Assembly: GCA_964247055.1 (NCBI GenBank)
Contig: OZ176058.1
Coordinates: forward strand, 1,364,001-1,428,000
Source of the DNA: Paragordius varius
Taxonomy: Eukaryota; Animalia; Nematomorpha
Length of the DNA stretch: 64,000 bases
Direction of reading: 5' to 3'
The notes under the pieces were generated by a model. That model made no database searches. It was given only the letters and a program-made list of their open reading frames with translations, and was not told the DNA's origin. The stretch's first letter is position 1; the number at the start of each line of letters is the position of its first letter. A program made the position numbers and the translations under genes. Shown one piece after another: positions 11,985 through 64,000 of this stretch.

Positions 11985-13135
11985 TGTGCTTTAAGTATTT
12001 ATGAATATAATGTTAAATCATAAAATCACATGTTCATTTATTTACAGATAATTTCACATCTAAAAAATATTTTATGATTGAATATATAAAGGACACATGG
12101 GGTTAAAAAATCGTTGTTTAAAATATTATAATTGGACAATTTAATCTAAAATATTTTTATATAAAACGTTAAATCATAAAATCACACGTTCATTTATTTA
12201 CAGGCAATTTCAAATCTAAACAAAAAATTTATAATTGAATATATAAAAGACACATGGGGTTAATAATAAATCGTTGTTTAAAATATTATAATTGGACTTT
12301 ATATAATCTAAAATAATTTTTTATAAAACGCTAAACCATAAAATCACATGTTCATTTATTTACAGGCAATTTCAAATCTAAACAACAATTTTTCAATTAA
12401 ATATACAGAACACTTGAGGTTAAAAATAAATTGTTATTTAAAATATTATAATTGGACTTATATAATCTAAAAATATTTTTTACACATATAAAACACTAAA
12501 TCATAAAATCACATCATTTATTTACAGATATTTCAAATCTAAACAACAATTTTATAATTGATTATAAAAAACACACAGAGTTAATAAATCGTTATTTAAA
12601 ATATTATAATTGGACTTTATATAATCTAAAATAATTAGGAATAATATTGTTAAATCAAAAAATCACATGTTCATTTATTTACAGGCAATTCAAATCTAAA
12701 AAACAATTTTATAATTGAATATATAAAGGACACTTGAGGTTAAGAATAAATCATTGTTTAAAATATTATAATTGGACTTTATATATTCTAAAATATTTTT
12801 TTTATAAATATAATGCAAAAAAATCACGTTCATTTATTTACAGAAAATTTCACATCTAAAAAACAATTTTATAATTGATTATAAAAGACACATGGGGTTA
12901 AGAATAAATCATTGTCTAAAATATTATAATTGGACCTTATATAATCTAAAATTTTTTATATATATCAAACGCTAAATCATAAAATCACATGTTCATTTAT
13001 TTACAGGGAATTTCAAATCTAAACAACAATTTTATCATTGAATATAAAGAACACTTGAGGTTAAAAATAAATCATTGTTTAAAATATTTTAATTGGACTT
13101 TAAATAATCTAAAATAATTATGAATAATATTTTTA
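11985..13135 (-). repeat. Tandem array (7 x about 160 bp) of the SPT16 3'UTR including the AATAAA signal
   Basis: Unit contains (minus strand) CTGTAAATAAATGAACATGTGATTTTATG; seven occurrences near 12035, 12190, 12352, 12515, 12670, 12830 and 12993. The array starts directly after the stop codon at 13150. Confidence 0.8.
12996..13001 (-). terminator. First canonical polyadenylation signal of SPT16
   Basis: AATAAA about 150 nt downstream of the TAG stop. Confidence 0.5.
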
Positions 13136-13149
13136 ATTGGCATATCTTT

Positions 13150-60442
<47,293 letters not shown>

Positions 60443-60587
60443 CTAAATAAATAAATTAAAAAAAATAAATTTAATAAAAAATTAGTTTTAATAAAAAATA
60501 TATTATTATTAAATTTTCATAATATACAATATATATATATATATATATATATATTAGTAATTTTTTAATATTAATTTTTTTATTTAT

Positions 60588-62465
60588 AACGCTTATTCGC
60601 GTTGTTTTTCTTTCCTTTTATTTTCCGTGCTAATTTCATTCTAAAATAATCGATTAATTATTTTATAATAATATTTAAATTCTGAATTAATTTAAAAAAT
60701 ATTAATAAATTTTGATAATATATATATATATATATATATATATTTATTTAATATTGATTATTTATTTATATAAAACACAATAATTCACGTTGTTTTTCTT
60801 TCCTTTTATTTTCCGTGCTAATTTCATTCTAAAATAAATAATTGATTAATTTAATAAAAAATATATTTTAATATTTTAATAATATAAAATTATTTGAAAA
60901 TATTTTAATAAAATAATATATTTTAATTGATTATATAAATGGTAAAAAAAGCAATAATTCGCGATGTTTTTCTTTCCTTTTATTTTCCGTGCTAATTTCA
61001 TTCTAAAATAATTTATAAAAAAATTTATGAATTATAAATATTTTTATTATTTTAATATTATAAAATTATTTTGATAATATCAAATTATTTTAAAATTAAA
61101 ATAATCTTTTGAGCTGAAAATTATATTATATTAAACAATATTTCGCGTTGTTTTTCTTTCCTTTTATTTTCCATGCTAATTACATTCTAAAATAATCAAT
61201 TAAAAAAATAAATTAAATTATTTTAATTTTATTAAATAATTTGAAATTTATAAAATATGATATATATATATATATATATATAAATAATTTTTTATATATT
61301 GATTTTTAATAATATCAAATATCGTAAAAAATGCAATAATTCAAATTCTCTTTCTAAAAAATAAAAAAAATATTTAAATTATTTTTATTAATATTTTAGA
61401 ATAATTAACATTTTGATTATATATATATAATAATATTATTAAATTTTGAAATATTTTAAAAATTGATTTTTGATTATATCAAATAGTCGTGTATATTTCA
61501 CGTTGTTTTTCTTTCCTTTTATTTTCCGTGCTAATTTCATTCTAAAATAAATAATTTATTAAAAAAAAAGTTTTAATAAAAATATTTTTATTTAAATATT
61601 ATTATTAAATTTTGAAATATATAAATATTTATATATTAATTTTTTTTTTATACTGATTTTTTTATTTATATAAACGCTCAATAATTAACGTTATTTTTAT
61701 TTCCTTTTGTTTTCCGCGCTAAAATTTCACTATAAAGTAATTTACCATTAATTTTAATAAAAAATATAATTAATTATTTAAATAACATTAATATAATTAA
61801 AATTTATAAAAAATAATAAATATTGATTTTTTATTATTTATATAAAACACAATAATTCGCGTTGTTTTCTTTCCTTTTATATTCCGTGCTAATTTATTCT
61901 AAATTTTTTAATTTCAAAAAAATATTTTTAATAAAAAATATATTTTAATAAATAATTAATTTTAATTTTATTATTAAATTTTGAAATATTTCAAAAATTG
62001 ATTTTCTATTATTTATATAAAAAACAATAATTCACATTGTTTTTTCCTTTCCTTTTATTTTCCGTACTAATTTCATTATAAAATAATAATTAATTAATTT
62101 ATAAAAAAAATATTTTTAATAAAATATTTTATTATTATTATTAATTTTTGAAATATTGTAATTAATTATTTTTTTAGAAATTTATTTTTGGTTCCAAATA
62201 TAGGAAAAAACACAATAATTCACGTTGTTTTTCTTTCCTTTTATTTTCCGTGCTAATTTCATTCTAAAATAATCAATTAATTAATTTAAGAAAATAAGTT
62301 TTAATAAAAAATATATTTTAATATTTTATTTTAAATAATATTTTAATATTATTATTAAATAATATTTTAATTAAATATTTAAATAATATTAATTTTATTA
62401 AAATTTATAAATAATTCACGTTGTTTTTCTTTCCTTTTATTTTCCGTGCTAATTTCATTCTAAAT
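60588..62465 (-). repeat. Acceptor-side array: 10 copies of the start of exon 60327-60442
   Basis: CGTTGTTTTTCTTTCCTTTTATTTTCCGTGCTAATTTCATTCTAAA repeated about every 180-350 bp. Confidence 0.95.
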
Positions 62466-62509
62466 TATGATTTAAAAAAAATTAGTTTTAATAAGAATAT
62501 TTTTATTTA

Positions 62510-62546
<37 letters not shown>

Positions 62547-62559
62547 TTAAATATTAACA

Positions 62560-64000
62560 TTCAAAGAATCGAAAAAACACTTAAAATTAACTATAAAAAC
62601 CCTTAAAATGCTCAAAAACCAAATTTTAGCTAAAAACTTGCAAATTATGTCATTTTTAACAAATTTTCAATAAATTTTTGTAAAATTCCAAAAACCTCAA
62701 ATATTTACCCTTAATTTGGAGTCTAAAACAGTTTTTCTCAGAGCTTTTCCGCCCTTGAGCAAGACTTGATCAGGCCTTATACTAACGTTCAAGAATCTCA
62801 AAAACCTCAAAATTTATTCAAAAAACGACCAAAAAACGCTCAATTTTATCCAAATTTTACCAAAAAAACTGCAAATTACATAATTTTTAGGTTTTTTTAA
62901 GAAATATTTTCAAAAACCCAAAAATTTACCCGTAATTTAGTGTCTAAAACAGTTTTTCTCAGAGCTTTTCCGCCCTTAAGCAAGACTTGATCAGGCCTTA
63001 TACTAACGTTCAAAGAATCGAAGAAACACTCAAAATTTACTATAACAACCCTTAAAAAGCTCAAAAACATCCATTTTATATCAAAAAACTTGCAAATTAC
63101 TTATTTTTTAAACCATTAACAAATTTTCTCTATAATATTAAAAAAAAACCAATTATTTTACCCTTAATTTAGTGTCTAAAACAGTTTTCTCAATCAGATA
63201 TATTAACATTCAAAGAATCGAAGAAACCCTTGAAATTTACCTAATAACGTCTAAAAACGCTCAATTTTATCCAAATTTTACCAAAAAACCTGCAAATTAT
63301 GTCATTTTTAACAAATTTTTCGGTTTATTTAATTTTTTAACCTTAAAAACCCAAATAATTTACCCTTAATTTGGTGTCTAAAACAGTTTTCCTCAGAGTT
63401 TTTCCGCCCTTAAAAGTAAGACTGATCAGGCCTTATATTAACATTAAAAGAATCTCAGAAACACACAAAATTTACTATAAAAACCTCTAAAAACGCTCAA
63501 AAACATCCAAATTTTACCAAAAAAACTTGCAAATTACATAAATTTTTCAGATTTTTTTAAAAAATTTTTCCAAAAAACCAATCATTTTACCCTTAATTTA
63601 GTGTCTAAAACAGTTTTTCTCAGAGCTTTTCCGCCCTTAAGCAGGACTTGATCAGTTTTAATACTAACATTCAAAGAATCGAAGAAACACTTAAAATTTA
63701 CTATAAAAACCCTTAAAAGGCTCAAAAATATCCATATTTTACAAAAAACCTGCAAATTACATAATTTTTCATAAATTTTTTGTTTAAAGAAATATTAAAA
63801 ACCTAAATAGACCCTTAATTTCGTGTCTAAAACAATTCTCTCAATGAGATATATTAACATTCAACATCTAGTATTACCTCAAAATTAACTCATAAAACAA
63901 CTAAAAACACTCAATATTTTCCAAATTTTAGCAAAAAACCTGCAAATTACATATTTTTAACAAATTTTTAATAATTTTTAACGAATTTTCTTTTTAAAAT
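62560..64000 (-). repeat. Donor-side array of the next upstream SPT16 exon (functional exon presumably beyond 64000)
   Basis: Copies read FDSLNVSIRPDQVLLKGGKALRKTVLDTKLR|GTAAA, which would splice in phase 0 to NEISTE...; at least 6 full or partial copies. Confidence 0.85.

Noticed and set aside
60588-62465. CRISPR-like pattern of conserved 40-45 bp repeats with variable spacers (also 40985-41725, 28410-30272, 32645-37020)
   Set aside because: The repeats are in-frame fragments of adjacent SPT16 exons with splice sites; spacers are long, AT-rich and related to each other; there are no cas genes and the context is eukaryotic.

Overview
Extremely AT-rich eukaryotic, animal-like genomic DNA (roughly 85% AT by eye, not computed). 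All host genes I can read are on the minus strand: an SRSF3-type splicing factor (two exons, 1101-2970), an isolated ankyrin-repeat exon (6236-6311), and the 3' part of the FACT subunit SPT16. I reconstructed SPT16 by hand as 15 GT-AG exons (1992 nt, 663 aa plus stop, frame intact) spread over 47 kb (13150-60442); its 5' part lies beyond the window end. The main observation is the intron architecture of SPT16. Most introns are filled with tandem arrays of partial copies of the neighbouring exon ends together with their splice sites: donor-side arrays downstream of exons and acceptor-side arrays upstream, about 100 copies in total by eye. The copies differ from the functional exon mostly at synonymous positions and decay towards the intron centre. 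The 3'UTR with its AATAAA signal is also arrayed 7 times. One SPT16 intron carries a 3.25-kb palindromic IS630/Tc1/mariner (DD34E) transposon whose 1.58-kb inverted arms each contain a complete transposase ORF. Seven MITEs with the same ends are scattered through the window, along with other MITE families and a degenerate Penelope-like retroelement.
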